Shown piece after piece: positions 1-9,268 of a DNA stretch of 34,402 nt. Origin of the DNA: an uncultured Planctomycetota bacterium (GTDB lineage: Bacteria; Planctomycetota; JAJSAM01; JAKLKS01); assembly GCA_964633345.1 (NCBI GenBank), contig CAZWGT010000002.1, positions 1 to 34,402 on the forward strand. Direction: 5' to 3'. Within the stretch, counting starts at the first letter, position 1. Every line of letters begins with the position of its first letter. Below the pieces are notes generated by a model. It did not search any database. It was not told the DNA's origin and saw only the letters and a program-made list of their open reading frames with translations. Made by a program: the position numbers and the translations under genes.

Positions 1-32
1 TACGGGGGACGATCCCCGCGGGGAGGTGGACG

Positions 33-3000
33 GTGCCGGAAACCGGGGTCGGAACGCGGGCGTGCCTGCTGGGCCTCCTCGCGCTGGTCGGCGGGGGGTT
101 CCCGGTCGCGGCGGCGGGGACCGTGCGGACGGTGACGACGGCCTCCGATTCGGTGACCGACCCGCCCGTCGGCTCCCTGCGGCAGATCCTGAAGGACGTC
201 GCCCAGCCCGGGGACACCATCGTCTTCGAGCAGAACTTCTCCCTCCGCGTGGACCCGAAGTTCCGCATCACCGTCCCCGCGGGTCTCACGGGGATCACCA
301 TCGCGGGCCCCGTGGAGATCCGCGGCGGCGTCTTCGAGGTGATCGGCGACGGATGCACCGTCTCCGGGATCCGCTTCGCCGACTGCCACGTCCTCGGCGG
401 GTCGGGCACGAACTACGACGACGACTCCCGCACCGACGACTTCTGGTTCCACGACAACGTCCTCGTCGGCGACTCCAGCCTGGACCTGGTCCTCGCGGCG
501 AACGCGCTGATCGCGGACAACGAGTTCGACGTCCGCGCGCCGAACGGGGACAACGCCGTCTCCGACTTCGCCGGCGAACACAACCACTGGACCGCCAACA
601 CCTGGACCGCGACGTCACTCGGCGGGTTCGCCGAGGCCAACGGCACCGACCTGAAGTTCGACGGGGGCAACTCGGTCCACGGGGACGCGTGGTTCTTCCC
701 GCGCTCCGGCCGCATCGAGGGCAACGTCGTCAAGGGCCACCTGCGCGCCTACCGCGCCGACCTCGTCATGGACGGGCCCCTCGTGATCGAGGGGAACACT
801 TGCGGGACCCTGGGCTCGCGCCGCCCCGACCTCGAGGTCCGGGGCAACACGGTGACCGGGCAGCCGCTGGAGAAGGCCGCTGCGGTGGCGAAGCTGGTCC
901 GGAAGGCGGACGGGACGATCGTCCCCGTCGTCGAGAGGGAGCGCCGGGTCGCCGCCGTGTCCGTCGGGAACGCCCTCGCGATCGGCGACGGCGGGTACCT
1001 GGAGTTCGAGGACAACGTGATCGACGCGACGGACGGCTGGCTCACGGGGGCCATCGTCGGCGCCACGGCCGACGCGACCAGCATTACCGTTCTGGGGAAC
1101 CAGGTGACCGGCGGGAAGTCCTCGGGGCTCATCCTCGGCGTGGCCGGGTCGGCGACCGTGAAGGACAACACCGTCGTCAACGGCGGCAGGTCCGGGGCCA
1201 TCCAGCTGACCGGCGCCGGCGTCGAGGGCGTCCTCCTCGAGGGGAACGTCGTCACCGGCGGGACGGGGGTCGGCATCCTCGTCGGCGCGGGCGAGGGGAC
1301 GGCGACCCTCCAGGGGAACCAGGTCTCCGGCTGCAAGTCCTTCGGCCTGCAGGTGACGGGCCGGACCCTCGTGTCCGTGGACGGCCAGTACGGGACGTGC
1401 GGCACCGGGGTCCGGATCGGCAAGTCCACGAAGGCGACCCTGACCGGCGGCTCCATCACCGGGAACAAGGGGGCGGGCCTCGTCTGCGATCCGTACTCCG
1501 TCGTCGAGGTCGCGAGGGTCGCCTTCGGCGGCAACGGCGGCGCCGGCATCGACCTCGCGCCCGGCGGCGTCTCGATCAACGCGAAGAAGAAGACCGCCAA
1601 CGGGAACATGCCCTACCCGGAGACCCTGGAGTACGACCCGGCCGCGGGGAAGGCCAAGGGGGTCTCCGAACCCTTCGCCCGCGTCGACGCCTACGCCGTG
1701 GAGGAGGGGGCGCGCAAGGGCAACCCGAAGAACGGCGAGGGGGTCTCCTGGATGGGCGCGGTCGTCGCCGGGGCCGACGGGCGGTTCACCTTCCCGGCGG
1801 CGGGGCGGATCGCCTGCCCGCCGTCCCACCGGGTCACGTTCACCGCCACGCGCCAGGGGGCGGGGATCGACCCCGTCACCTCGGAGTTCTCCCTGGACGT
1901 GGACTGCTCCGGGGTGGCCCTCGTCCTCGTGGACCGCGCCCTGGACGGCGGCCCCGGGAACGACCAGGCCAACAGCAACCCGGCGCTGGACGAGCGGTTC
2001 CGGACCCTCTCCGACGACGGGCGCTTCGTCGCGTTCACCTCGGAGTCCACGGACCTCGTGGAGGGGGACACGAACGATGCCATCGACGTGTTCGTGCGCG
2101 ACCTGGCGAACGGCACGACGGAGCGCGTGAGCCTGACCCCGGAGGGCGGGCAGATCGTCTACGAGTTCTCCAACCAGGGCGACACCGGCTCGGCCCCGTC
2201 GATCTCGGCCGACGGGCGGTACGTCTGCTACACGAGCCGGTCCGAGGGGGCCTTCGACGGCGGCGCCTACTTCCACAACTACCCCGGCGCGATCCTCTAC
2301 GACCGCGAGACCGGCACGAGCACCGTCGTGGCCGACCCGAGGCACAACGAGGCGCCCTTCCCGAACGGCGACTACACGAACTACGGCGCCTACTACGCCT
2401 CGGTGAGCGGCGACGGGAGCGCGGTCATCTTCACCTCCCTCGGCCGGAACTACGCCGCGGGGACGGACGTGGGGGACGACGTCGACGTCTTCGTCTGGAC
2501 CCGCGCCACGGGGGCCTACGATCGCGTGAGCGTCCCGACGGGCGGCGGGGACCCCACGAACGGGTTCCAGGCGAGCGTCACCGGGACGCCGCGGCTGAGC
2601 CACGACGCGCGGTTCGCGACGTTCGCGACCCAGCAGGTCCTGGCCCCCGGCCTCACCGGGGGGATGCGGGTGTGGCTGCGGGACCGGCAGGCGGGGACGA
2701 CGGAGACCGTCTGCATCGACTCGACCGGCGCGGTGCGCTCCGGCTACGACGGCTGGGCGAGCGACGACGGGCGGTTCGTGGCCTTCTACTCCTACGAGTC
2801 CCTCGTGCCCGAGGACGACAACGGGTTCGCCGACGTCTACCTCCGGGACCGCCAGGAGGGGACCACGATCCTGGTCAGCGCCACGGACGAAGGGACGGCG
2901 ATGTACGGGGACTCCGTCGAACCGACGGTCTCCGGCGACGGGAGCCTCGTCCTGTTCCGCAACTTCGGGGACGTCTGGCTCTGGGATCGCGTGGCGGGCA

Positions 3001-3179
3001 CGAAGACCAACGTCTCCGGCAGCCCCACCGTCTACCCCAACGTCGGCTGCGCCTCGCCGCGCCTTTCCCGGACGGGCCAGTACGTCCAGTACGAGACCGC
3101 GGCGACCAACCTCCTGGACCTCGAGGGGCAGTCCTTCGTCACCCACGTCTACCTGCGGGACCTCTCCGCGGACGAGTAG
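33..3179 (+). CDS. Secreted multidomain protein: N-terminal right-handed parallel beta-helix (PbH1-like) repeats plus about 7 C-terminal PD40/TolB-like beta-propeller blades
   Basis: GTG start at 33 preceded by GGGAGG. Signal-peptide-like N-terminus (ACLLGLLALVGGGFPVAAAG). Repeated GN.V.G...G units (GNQVTGGKSSGLILG, DNTVVNGGRSGAIQL, GNVVTGGTGVGILVG, GNQVSGCKSFGLQV). About seven repeats of DG(R/S)xVAFxS....D.N...DV(F/Y)(V/L)RD...G (e.g. LSDDGRFVAFTSESTDLVEGDTNDAIDVFVRDLANGTTERVS). GC3-rich frame. Confidence 0.85.
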   Translation: MPETGVGTRACLLGLLALVGGGFPVAAAGTVRTVTTASDSVTDPPVGSLRQILKDVAQPGDTIVFEQNFSLRVDPKFRITVPAGLTGITIAGPVEIRGGVFEVIGDGCTVSGIRFADCHVLGGSGTNYDDDSRTDDFWFHDNVLVGDSSLDLVLAANALIADNEFDVRAPNGDNAVSDFAGEHNHWTANTWTATSLGGFAEANGTDLKFDGGNSVHGDAWFFPRSGRIEGNVVKGHLRAYRADLVMDGPLVIEGNTCGTLGSRRPDLEVRGNTVTGQPLEKAAAVAKLVRKADGTIVPVVERERRVAAVSVGNALAIGDGGYLEFEDNVIDATDGWLTGAIVGATADATSITVLGNQVTGGKSSGLILGVAGSATVKDNTVVNGGRSGAIQLTGAGVEGVLLEGNVVTGGTGVGILVGAGEGTATLQGNQVSGCKSFGLQVTGRTLVSVDGQYGTCGTGVRIGKSTKATLTGGSITGNKGAGLVCDPYSVVEVARVAFGGNGGAGIDLAPGGVSINAKKKTANGNMPYPETLEYDPAAGKAKGVSEPFARVDAYAVEEGARKGNPKNGEGVSWMGAVVAGADGRFTFPAAGRIACPPSHRVTFTATRQGAGIDPVTSEFSLDVDCSGVALVLVDRALDGGPGNDQANSNPALDERFRTLSDDGRFVAFTSESTDLVEGDTNDAIDVFVRDLANGTTERVSLTPEGGQIVYEFSNQGDTGSAPSISADGRYVCYTSRSEGAFDGGAYFHNYPGAILYDRETGTSTVVADPRHNEAPFPNGDYTNYGAYYASVSGDGSAVIFTSLGRNYAAGTDVGDDVDVFVWTRATGAYDRVSVPTGGGDPTNGFQASVTGTPRLSHDARFATFATQQVLAPGLTGGMRVWLRDRQAGTTETVCIDSTGAVRSGYDGWASDDGRFVAFYSYESLVPEDDNGFADVYLRDRQEGTTILVSATDEGTAMYGDSVEPTVSGDGSLVLFRNFGDVWLWDRVAGTKTNVSGSPTVYPNVGCASPRLSRTGQYVQYETAATNLLDLEGQSFVTHVYLRDLSADE

Positions 3180-3182
3180 TCC

Positions 3183-3199
3183 GCCGGCGGGTTGCCGGC
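3183..3199. terminator. Short GC hairpin between convergent genes (GCCGGC-GGGTT-GCCGGC)
   Basis: 6-bp perfect stem with a 5-nt loop in the 23-nt gap between stop codons at 3177-3179 (+) and 3203-3205 (-). No U-tract. Confidence 0.25.
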
Positions 3200-3202
3200 C
3201 GC

Positions 3203-4267
3203 CTACTTCAACTCCACCTCGAGCCTGCGGAAGGCCACCCGGACGTTCTGGATGTACAGGCCCAGGAAGCCCCCCTCCCGGCCGGAGGCCCGCGGCTCCT
3301 TGGCGAGGAGCTCGCCGTTGACGTAGGTCGAGACCTCGCCCTTGCGCAGGCGCATCTCGTAGAGGTTCCAGCCCTGCTTGTCGAAGGGGGTCTTCAGGTC
3401 CTCGACGAAGGGGGCGAGAATCTCCCGCCGGCCTTCGGGGACGGTCTTCTCGAAGAAGGTCACGTGGCCGTCGGCGTAGCCGACGTGGTACGCGTTGTAG
3501 CCGTCCTTCCAGCAGGTCTGGAGGCAGAACATGTAGGGGCTGGCCAGGACCTGGAGGACCTGCGCCTCGATCCGGACGTCGAAGTCGCCGTCGTACATCC
3601 TGTCGGTGCGCATCGAGAGCCCGGCGTCCTTCACCTCGCCGACGATCACCCCGTCCTTCACCTGCCAGTAGGGCGGCGCGTGGAGGGCCCAGCCGTCCAG
3701 GTCCTTGCCGTTGAAGAGGGAGATGGCCCTGACGGAAGGGAGCCCCAGCCTCTTGAGGGCCTCCTCGGCCTTCGGGTGGCCCGGCTTCACGGCAAGGGCG
3801 TTGCGGAGCGCCTTCTCCGCCAGGGTGCGGTCCTTCGACTCCCACTTCTTCGCGAGCTCGACGAGGCCGCCGGCGAAGCGCGCCGCGATCCTCTCGAGCT
3901 CGACGGCGGAGGCGTCGATCTCCCCCAGCTGCTTCTCCGCCCGGGTGCGCAGGAGCCGGACGTCGGAGGGCGGATCCGGCAGGGCCTCCGCCTCGGCGAC
4001 GAAGGTCCTCAGCTCCGCGACGGCGTCCGCGGTCCGGCCCGCTCCGAGGAGGGCCTGGGCCAGCCCGTGGCGGGCCTGGAGGAAGGTACCGTCCTCCTGG
4101 AGGGCGCGCCGGTAGTGTTCCTCCGCCTCGCCCCACTTCCTCTCGGCAAGCGACCTCTCCCCGCGCACCGCGAAGAACTTCGCGGACTCGCGGTCGGCGC
4201 GGGCGGTGCCGGCCGAACCCAGGAGGAGGACGGCCGCGAGCAGGAGCGGGAGGGCGGGGACCCTCAT
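3203..4267 (-). CDS. Secreted TPR-like + DUF1080/ConA-like (3-keto-disaccharide-hydrolase-like) domain protein
   Basis: ATG at 4267-4265 (MRVPALPLLLAAVLLLGSAGTARA signal peptide). The longer 760-aa ORF extension is R/G/P-rich junk. The helical TPR-like half is followed by SLFNGKDLDGWALHAPPYWQVKDGVIVGE, the hallmark opening of DUF1080 domains. Confidence 0.85.
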   Translation of the reverse strand: MRVPALPLLLAAVLLLGSAGTARADRESAKFFAVRGERSLAERKWGEAEEHYRRALQEDGTFLQARHGLAQALLGAGRTADAVAELRTFVAEAEALPDPPSDVRLLRTRAEKQLGEIDASAVELERIAARFAGGLVELAKKWESKDRTLAEKALRNALAVKPGHPKAEEALKRLGLPSVRAISLFNGKDLDGWALHAPPYWQVKDGVIVGEVKDAGLSMRTDRMYDGDFDVRIEAQVLQVLASPYMFCLQTCWKDGYNAYHVGYADGHVTFFEKTVPEGRREILAPFVEDLKTPFDKQGWNLYEMRLRKGEVSTYVNGELLAKEPRASGREGGFLGLYIQNVRVAFRRLEVELK

Positions 4268-4983
4268 CACAGCCTCCCGATGCGGTGGAGGCGCCACTCC
4301 GCGCGGCACTGCTGGTTGTACACGCCGACCACCCCTCGCAGGTCCCGGTCCGCGGGGACCTCGAAGGTCAGGCAGGCGCGCCCGTCGAGCCATACGTCGA
4401 TCGTGTGGTCCCGGACGGTGAACCCGAACCGGTGCCACGCTCCCGGGTCGACGGCGGAGATGTCCTTGCGGACCAGCTCCCTCTTCCCGGCGTCGGAGAC
4501 CGAGAAGACGACGAGGGCGCTCTTCTGCACGAAGACGGAGACGAAGTCCTCCGACCTCCCGCCCTCCTTCTCGGCGAAGGTGAGGCCGGTCAGCCAGTTG
4601 GACCCGTACTCCTCCTGGAGGCGGAACTCCATCTCGTAGGCGAAGTGGTTGCCGGGGTCGGTGGAGGACTTGGGCACCAGGCGGTCGGCGGTCTTCGAGT
4701 TGAAGATCATGTGCCCGTCCTTCATCTCGGCCATGTGGTCGGCCACGAAGCTCCTGCGCGAGAGGAAGTCGATCCAGGTCTTCACCGCGCGGAAGGGCGG
4801 CGGCACGCCGTCGTCCACCGGGCTCTCCGGCGCCTTCCCCCCGAGGTCGGCGTAGAGCTTCCGCGCCGCTTCGTGGCCGGGCCGGATCTTCAGGAGCATC
4901 TCCAGGGCCTGGCGTCCGGCCGCCGGCTCCTTCTCCGCCCGGGCCGAGGCGAACTTCATGACGTCCGCCGCGAAGGCATCCAC
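4267..4983 (-). CDS. ConA/DUF1080-like domain protein. This is the downstream part of a TPR + ConA-like gene interrupted by an in-frame TAG; protein-like sequence continues upstream to 5199
   Basis: Minimal ORF from GTG 4983. Stop TGA 4269-4267 overlaps the ATG of the next gene (ATGA). The C-terminal half (WIDFLSRRSFVADHMAEMKDGHMIFNS...WHRFGFTVRDHTIDVWLDGRACLTFEV) resembles the neighbour's lectin-like domain. The same frame is open and TPR-like from 5199 down to 4984. Confidence 0.65.
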   Translation of the reverse strand: MDAFAADVMKFASARAEKEPAAGRQALEMLLKIRPGHEAARKLYADLGGKAPESPVDDGVPPPFRAVKTWIDFLSRRSFVADHMAEMKDGHMIFNSKTADRLVPKSSTDPGNHFAYEMEFRLQEEYGSNWLTGLTFAEKEGGRSEDFVSVFVQKSALVVFSVSDAGKRELVRKDISAVDPGAWHRFGFTVRDHTIDVWLDGRACLTFEVPADRDLRGVVGVYNQQCRAEWRLHRIGRL

Positions 4984-5199
4984 CAGGGCGTCGTACTCCT
5001 TCTCGCCGGCCGCGAGGACGGAGACCCGCTTCTCCGCCAGAGGCTTCAGCTTCGCCTCCTCGGAGGTGGGCTTGCCGGTGCCCGCCTTCTCCCCGAGCAG
5101 GACCAGGAACTCGCGGTACGACTCTAGAGCGTCGGCCGCGGCGCCGCTGCGGTCCTGGCAGGCGCCCCTCCAGTAGACCGCCTCGATCAGGTCCGTGTC

Positions 5200-5421
5200 C
5201 TAGTCCCGGGCGCGCTGGACGTGGGTGAGCGCCTCGCCGTACTTCTTCTTCTCGAGGTACTCCCGTCCCGTCTTGAGCAGGGTCCGGGCGACCCCGGGAT
5301 CCCCGACGCCGGCGGCGCCCGCGGCGAGGAGGCAGGCGAGCAGGGCGGCAAGCAGGGCGGCCCCGCACCGGAGGGGTCCCGGAAACCCGATCCGCGGCCA
5401 GCGAGAATCCCCGGTCCCCAT
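5200..5421 (-). pseudogene. N-terminal fragment (signal peptide + first TPR helix) of the interrupted TPR + ConA-like gene, ending at in-frame TAG 5202-5200
   Basis: 73 codons: [38 protein letters not shown]...[22 protein letters not shown] then TAG. 5421 minus 4983 = 438 = 3 x 146, so it is in frame with ORF 4267-4983. Confidence 0.5.
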
Positions 5422-5605
5422 CGTGGACGGCTCCTTGCCCGGACGGGGGGGATCCTATCTCCGTCCCGGGGGAGGGTGTCCGCAACTTCCGCGTCGCGGG
5501 CGCGGACGGTCACCCCCGTCGGCACGGTCGGAACTCCCGCGGCCCGGGGCCGTCTGCGATACTGCCGCGCCTCCGTCGGATCCCCGCAGGAAAGGAAGGA
5601 CTCCC

Positions 5606-6832
5606 GTGAGCCAGCTCGTCCCGCCGCACGGCCGCGACAGGGTGCTGAAGCCGCTGCTCCTCGAGGGGGCGGCGCTGGCCGAGGCGAAGACGAAGGCCGC
5701 GACGCTGAAGCGCATCCCCATCACATCCCGCGAGACCGGCGACGCCATCATGATGGGCATCGGCGGGTTCACGCCGCTCCGCGGCTTCATGGGGAGCGCC
5801 GACTGGAAGTCCGTCTGCACGCGGATGCAGACCTCCGACGGCACCTTCTGGCCCATCCCCGTCACCGTCTCCGCGTCGAAGGCGGACGCCGACGCGATCG
5901 CGATCGGGAGCCAGGTCACCCTCGTGGACGAGGAGACCGGCACCGACATGGCGATCCTCACGGTCGAGGAGAAGTACGCCATCGACCGGGCCCTGGAGTG
6001 CCGGGAGGTCTTCCGCACCGAGGACCCCAAGCACCCCGGAGTCGCCATGGTCATGGCCCAGAAGGAGGTCAACCTCGGCGGCCCGATCCAGGTCCTGTCC
6101 GAGAGCTACTTCCCGGTCGAGTTCGCGGGGGTCTACAAGCGCCCGGCCGAGACCCGCCGGCTCTTCGAGGAGAAGGGGTGGAGGACGGTGGCCGCGCTCC
6201 AGCTCCGCAACCCGATGCACCGCTCCCACGAGTTCCTCGCCAAGATCGCGCTCGAGGTCCTCGACGGGCTCTTCATCCACCAGCTCGTCGGCAAGCTCAA
6301 GCCCGGCGACATCCCCGCCGACGTCCGCGTGCGGTGCGTGGACACCCTCGTCGACAAGTACTTCGTGAAGAACTCCGCGCTGCAGGGCGGCTACCCGCTG
6401 GACATGCGCTACGCCGGGCCGCGCGAGGCGCTGCTGCACGCGGTGTTCCGCCAGAACTACGGCTGCAGCCACCTCATCGTCGGCCGCGACCACGCCGGCG
6501 TGGGGGACTACTACGGGCCGTTCGACGCGCAGAAGATCTTCGACGAGATCCCGGCGGGCTCCCTCGAGACCGTGCCCCTGAAGATCGACTGGACATTCCA
6601 CTGCTCGAAGTGCCGCGGCATGGCGTCGATGAAGACCTGCCCCCACGGCAAGGAGGACCGGCTCATGGTCAGCGGGACCATGGTGCGCAAGACCCTCTCC
6701 GAGGGGGGCGAGCTCCACCCCGACTTCAGCCGGCCCGAGGTGCTCGCGATCCTCAAGGAGTACTACGCGGGCCTCGACACGAAGGTCGAGGTCAAGCTCC
6801 ACGGCGCGGCCACGGGGGACGCGAAGCGCTGA
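5606..6832 (+). CDS. sat: Sulfate adenylyltransferase (ATP sulfurylase), about 400-aa homo-oligomeric type
   Basis: GTG 5606 preceded by GGAAAGGAAGGA. Motifs [11 protein letters not shown] and GRDHAG, plus the C-terminal region with CSKC...CPH. The upstream part of the 535-aa ORF is R/P-rich and rejected. Confidence 0.9.
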   Translation: MSQLVPPHGRDRVLKPLLLEGAALAEAKTKAATLKRIPITSRETGDAIMMGIGGFTPLRGFMGSADWKSVCTRMQTSDGTFWPIPVTVSASKADADAIAIGSQVTLVDEETGTDMAILTVEEKYAIDRALECREVFRTEDPKHPGVAMVMAQKEVNLGGPIQVLSESYFPVEFAGVYKRPAETRRLFEEKGWRTVAALQLRNPMHRSHEFLAKIALEVLDGLFIHQLVGKLKPGDIPADVRVRCVDTLVDKYFVKNSALQGGYPLDMRYAGPREALLHAVFRQNYGCSHLIVGRDHAGVGDYYGPFDAQKIFDEIPAGSLETVPLKIDWTFHCSKCRGMASMKTCPHGKEDRLMVSGTMVRKTLSEGGELHPDFSRPEVLAILKEYYAGLDTKVEVKLHGAATGDAKR

Positions 6833-6898
6833 GCCGCGCGGCCGGGCCCCTCCGCTCCCCGTGCTACCATCGCGCCCTCCACGGGGGACGCCCACCGC

Positions 6899-9268
6899 AT
6901 GTACCGTCGCCTCCTCGACCGGGGCTGGCTCGCCGTCGTCCTGCTCTTCGCGGCGGGCGTCGCGGGCCTCGGGGCATTCCTCCCCGGGCTGACCGTGGAC
7001 GCCTCCACGAACATCCTCCTCGACGGGAAGGACCCCGACCTCACGTACTACTCGCGGTCGCGCCGCCTCTGGCCCGGGGACGACGAGTTCGCCATCGTCT
7101 GCGCCCGCCGGGCCGACTGGTTCACGCCGGAGTCCCTCGCCGTCCTCCGCGGCCTGCAGGACGATCTCGAGAAGGCCCCCCGCGTCCAGAAGGTCCTCTC
7201 CCTCCTGTCCGTGCCGCTCCTGCGCCAGGGGCCGATCCCCGTCCCGATGCTGGTCGAGGCGAAGAAGGTGGACCTCGCGAAGGCCAGGGAGGAGCTCCTC
7301 GGCCACGCCGTCGCCCGGGGGACCTTCATCTCCGCCGACGGGAAGGACGCGGTGCTCCTCGCCTACCTCGACCAGCCCCCCGAGTACCGTCGCCTCGACC
7401 GCGAGCGGGCCGCCATGAACGACGCGGGGGACGCCGCGGGGCTGGCCGCCACGGAGGAGGCCTTCGAGGCGGCGGCCGGGGAGATGCGGGCCCGTCGCCG
7501 GGAGATGGTCGAGGGGCTGCGGGCGGTCGCGGCGCGGTGGACGCCGCGGATGGAGACCCCGATCCGGCTCTCGGGGCTGCCGATCATCAACCTCAACCTC
7601 ATCGAGTTCGTGCGCCACGACCTCGACGTGTTCGGCGCGGCGAGCCTCGTCCTGTTCCTCCTCGCCTTCGCCCTCGTCTACCGGAGGCTCCGCTGGATCG
7701 GGCTGCCCATCGTCGCCTGCGCCATCCCGGTCGTCCTCATCCTCGGGGCGATGACGGCCCTCGGCCTGAAGCTCACCGTCATCACCGCCAACCTCCCGCT
7801 CCTCCTCTTCGTCGTCATGCTCCCGTACACCGTGTACTTCATCGAGCGGTACCGGGAGCGGCGGGCGCGGAGGACCGGCGAGGACCACCTCGAGTCCACG
7901 GTCGGGGCGGCGCGGGACGTCTGGCTGCCCTGCCTCTACTCCTGCACGACGACCATGGCCGGCTTCGCCTCCCTCCTGACGAGCGGCGTCAAGCCGGTCT
8001 GGTGGTTCGGGTTCATGATGACCGTCGGGCTCGGGGTCGGCCTCGGCTGCGCCTTCCTCTTCCTCCCCGCGGCGACGCGGCCGCTGGGGGCCCTGGAGGA
8101 CCCGCGCGCTGAGGCGGACCCGAAGCCCCACGGGCTCGTGCTCCTCCTCGAGAGGCTCGTGCTCGCCGCCCCGCTCCCCGTCGTGCTGTCCGGCGTGGTG
8201 CTGCTGGCCGGGGCGGTCTGGGGCTGCACCCGCATCACCGTCGAGAACAAGTTCATCGACTACTTCCGGCCCGACACCGAGGTCTACGCGGGCCTGGAGT
8301 ACATCGACCAGCACATGGGGGGAACGACGCCCCTCGACGTCATCCTCGTCTCGAAGGAGCCCGGCTTCTTCAGGCGCCCCGAGGGGATCGAGGCGATCCG
8401 CGCCGCCTCGGCGTACCTCGCGAAGGTCCCCGAGGCGGCGAGCGTGACGTCGCTGGCGACGCTCCTCGACGAGGCGCGCAAGGCGAAGGCGTTCTCGAGG
8501 ATGACCGTGGAGAGCCTGTCGAAGATCAAGGCCGTGGAGCCGCTCCTGCTCGACGTGGCGACCGCCGACTTCTCGACGGCCCGAGTCCTCGTGCGCTTCC
8601 GGGAGACCGCCCCGACCCTCAACCGCAAGGCGATCCTCGACGGCCTGCGGGCCGACCTCGCGTCCAGGAAGGAGCTCGCGGACCTCTCGCCGCGGGTGAC
8701 GGGGGTGTTCCTCCTCTACGCGAACATGCTCCAGTCCCTCCTCCAGAGCCAGAAGGACACCTTCTGGACCGTCGTGGGGGCGATCTACGCGATGCTGTTC
8801 CTGCTGTTCGGGGGGCTCCGGGCGGCCGGGCACGCGGCGGCGCTGTCCGTGGTGGTCGTCGTGCCGCAGGTGCTGCCGGCGGTGGCGATCCTCGGGGTGA
8901 TGGGCTGGACCGGGGTCCCGCTCGATCTCATCACGGTGACCATCGCGGCCGTGGCCATGGGGGTGGGGATCGACGCCGCCATCCAGTACACGGTGCGCTA
9001 TCGGATCGAGCTGGCCGCCACGGGCGGGGACCGGCGGGAGTCGGTGCGGAGGAGCCACGCGACCATCGGGCGCTCCATCTGGATCGCCACGTCGATCATG
9101 GTGGCGGGGTTCGCGGTCCTGGCCCTGTCCGACTTCGTCCCCACGGTGATGTTCGGGCTGTTCAACGCGCTGGCCATGGTGATGGGACAGTTCGCGGCGC
9201 TGACCGTGCTCCCCTCCCTCTTCCTTCTGACGGGGCTGCCGCGGCACGAACCGGCGGCGCCCCCGTGA
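6899..9268 (+). CDS. MMPL/RND-superfamily exporter (HpnN-like lipid transporter family)
   Basis: 789 aa. Two blocks of about 6 TM helices, each following a large soluble loop. Typical MMPL strings (LPIINLNLIEFVRHDLDVFG, TTMAGFASLLTSGVKPVWWFG, AVAMGVGIDAAIQY, SIMVAGFAVLALSDFVP). Confidence 0.85.
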   Translation: MYRRLLDRGWLAVVLLFAAGVAGLGAFLPGLTVDASTNILLDGKDPDLTYYSRSRRLWPGDDEFAIVCARRADWFTPESLAVLRGLQDDLEKAPRVQKVLSLLSVPLLRQGPIPVPMLVEAKKVDLAKAREELLGHAVARGTFISADGKDAVLLAYLDQPPEYRRLDRERAAMNDAGDAAGLAATEEAFEAAAGEMRARRREMVEGLRAVAARWTPRMETPIRLSGLPIINLNLIEFVRHDLDVFGAASLVLFLLAFALVYRRLRWIGLPIVACAIPVVLILGAMTALGLKLTVITANLPLLLFVVMLPYTVYFIERYRERRARRTGEDHLESTVGAARDVWLPCLYSCTTTMAGFASLLTSGVKPVWWFGFMMTVGLGVGLGCAFLFLPAATRPLGALEDPRAEADPKPHGLVLLLERLVLAAPLPVVLSGVVLLAGAVWGCTRITVENKFIDYFRPDTEVYAGLEYIDQHMGGTTPLDVILVSKEPGFFRRPEGIEAIRAASAYLAKVPEAASVTSLATLLDEARKAKAFSRMTVESLSKIKAVEPLLLDVATADFSTARVLVRFRETAPTLNRKAILDGLRADLASRKELADLSPRVTGVFLLYANMLQSLLQSQKDTFWTVVGAIYAMLFLLFGGLRAAGHAAALSVVVVVPQVLPAVAILGVMGWTGVPLDLITVTIAAVAMGVGIDAAIQYTVRYRIELAATGGDRRESVRRSHATIGRSIWIATSIMVAGFAVLALSDFVPTVMFGLFNALAMVMGQFAALTVLPSLFLLTGLPRHEPAAPP

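Noticed and set aside
615-4136. 1173-aa minus-strand ORF antisense to the beta-helix/propeller gene
   Set aside because: R/G/P/E-rich shadow frame with no motifs. It is fully covered by a convincing gene on the other strand.
26-4639. 1537-aa plus-strand ORF spanning the first 4.6 kb
   Set aside because: The translation is almost pure Arg/Gly/Pro/Asp/His low complexity, typical of an out-of-frame shadow ORF in very GC-rich DNA. It overlaps ORFs with recognisable domains (33-3179 on the plus strand, 3203-4267 and 4267-4983 on the minus strand).
5200-5202. Reading the in-frame TAG as pyrrolysine
   Set aside because: Nothing in the window suggests pyl genes or methylamine methyltransferases, and the host protein is a TPR/lectin-like secreted protein. 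A nonsense mutation, a sequencing error or simple readthrough is far more likely.
4268-5485. N-terminal 406-codon extension of the 760-aa ORF 3203-5485
   Set aside because: The extension is R/G/P-rich and out of frame with the real gene occupying 4267-5421. A signal peptide and protein-like sequence begin only at ATG 4267.
5225-5605. Upstream extension of the sat ORF (535-aa version)
   Set aside because: The first 127 codons are P/R/G-rich. GTG 5606 has a good Shine-Dalgarno sequence and gives the normal roughly 400-aa ATP sulfurylase length.
5422-5605. 184-nt divergent intergenic region before sat, with a CCCGGACGG...CCGTCCCGGG hairpin and weak TTGCCC / TATCT promoter-like hexamers
   Set aside because: The hexamer spacing (15 nt) and hairpin quality are unconvincing. 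I recognise no known riboswitch. I left it uncalled rather than invent a promoter.
5510-9247. 1245-aa minus-strand ORF antisense to sat and the MMPL exporter
   Set aside because: Shadow ORF. Its composition is dominated by R, G, P, E, D and H. The opposite strand carries textbook ATP sulfurylase and MMPL motifs.
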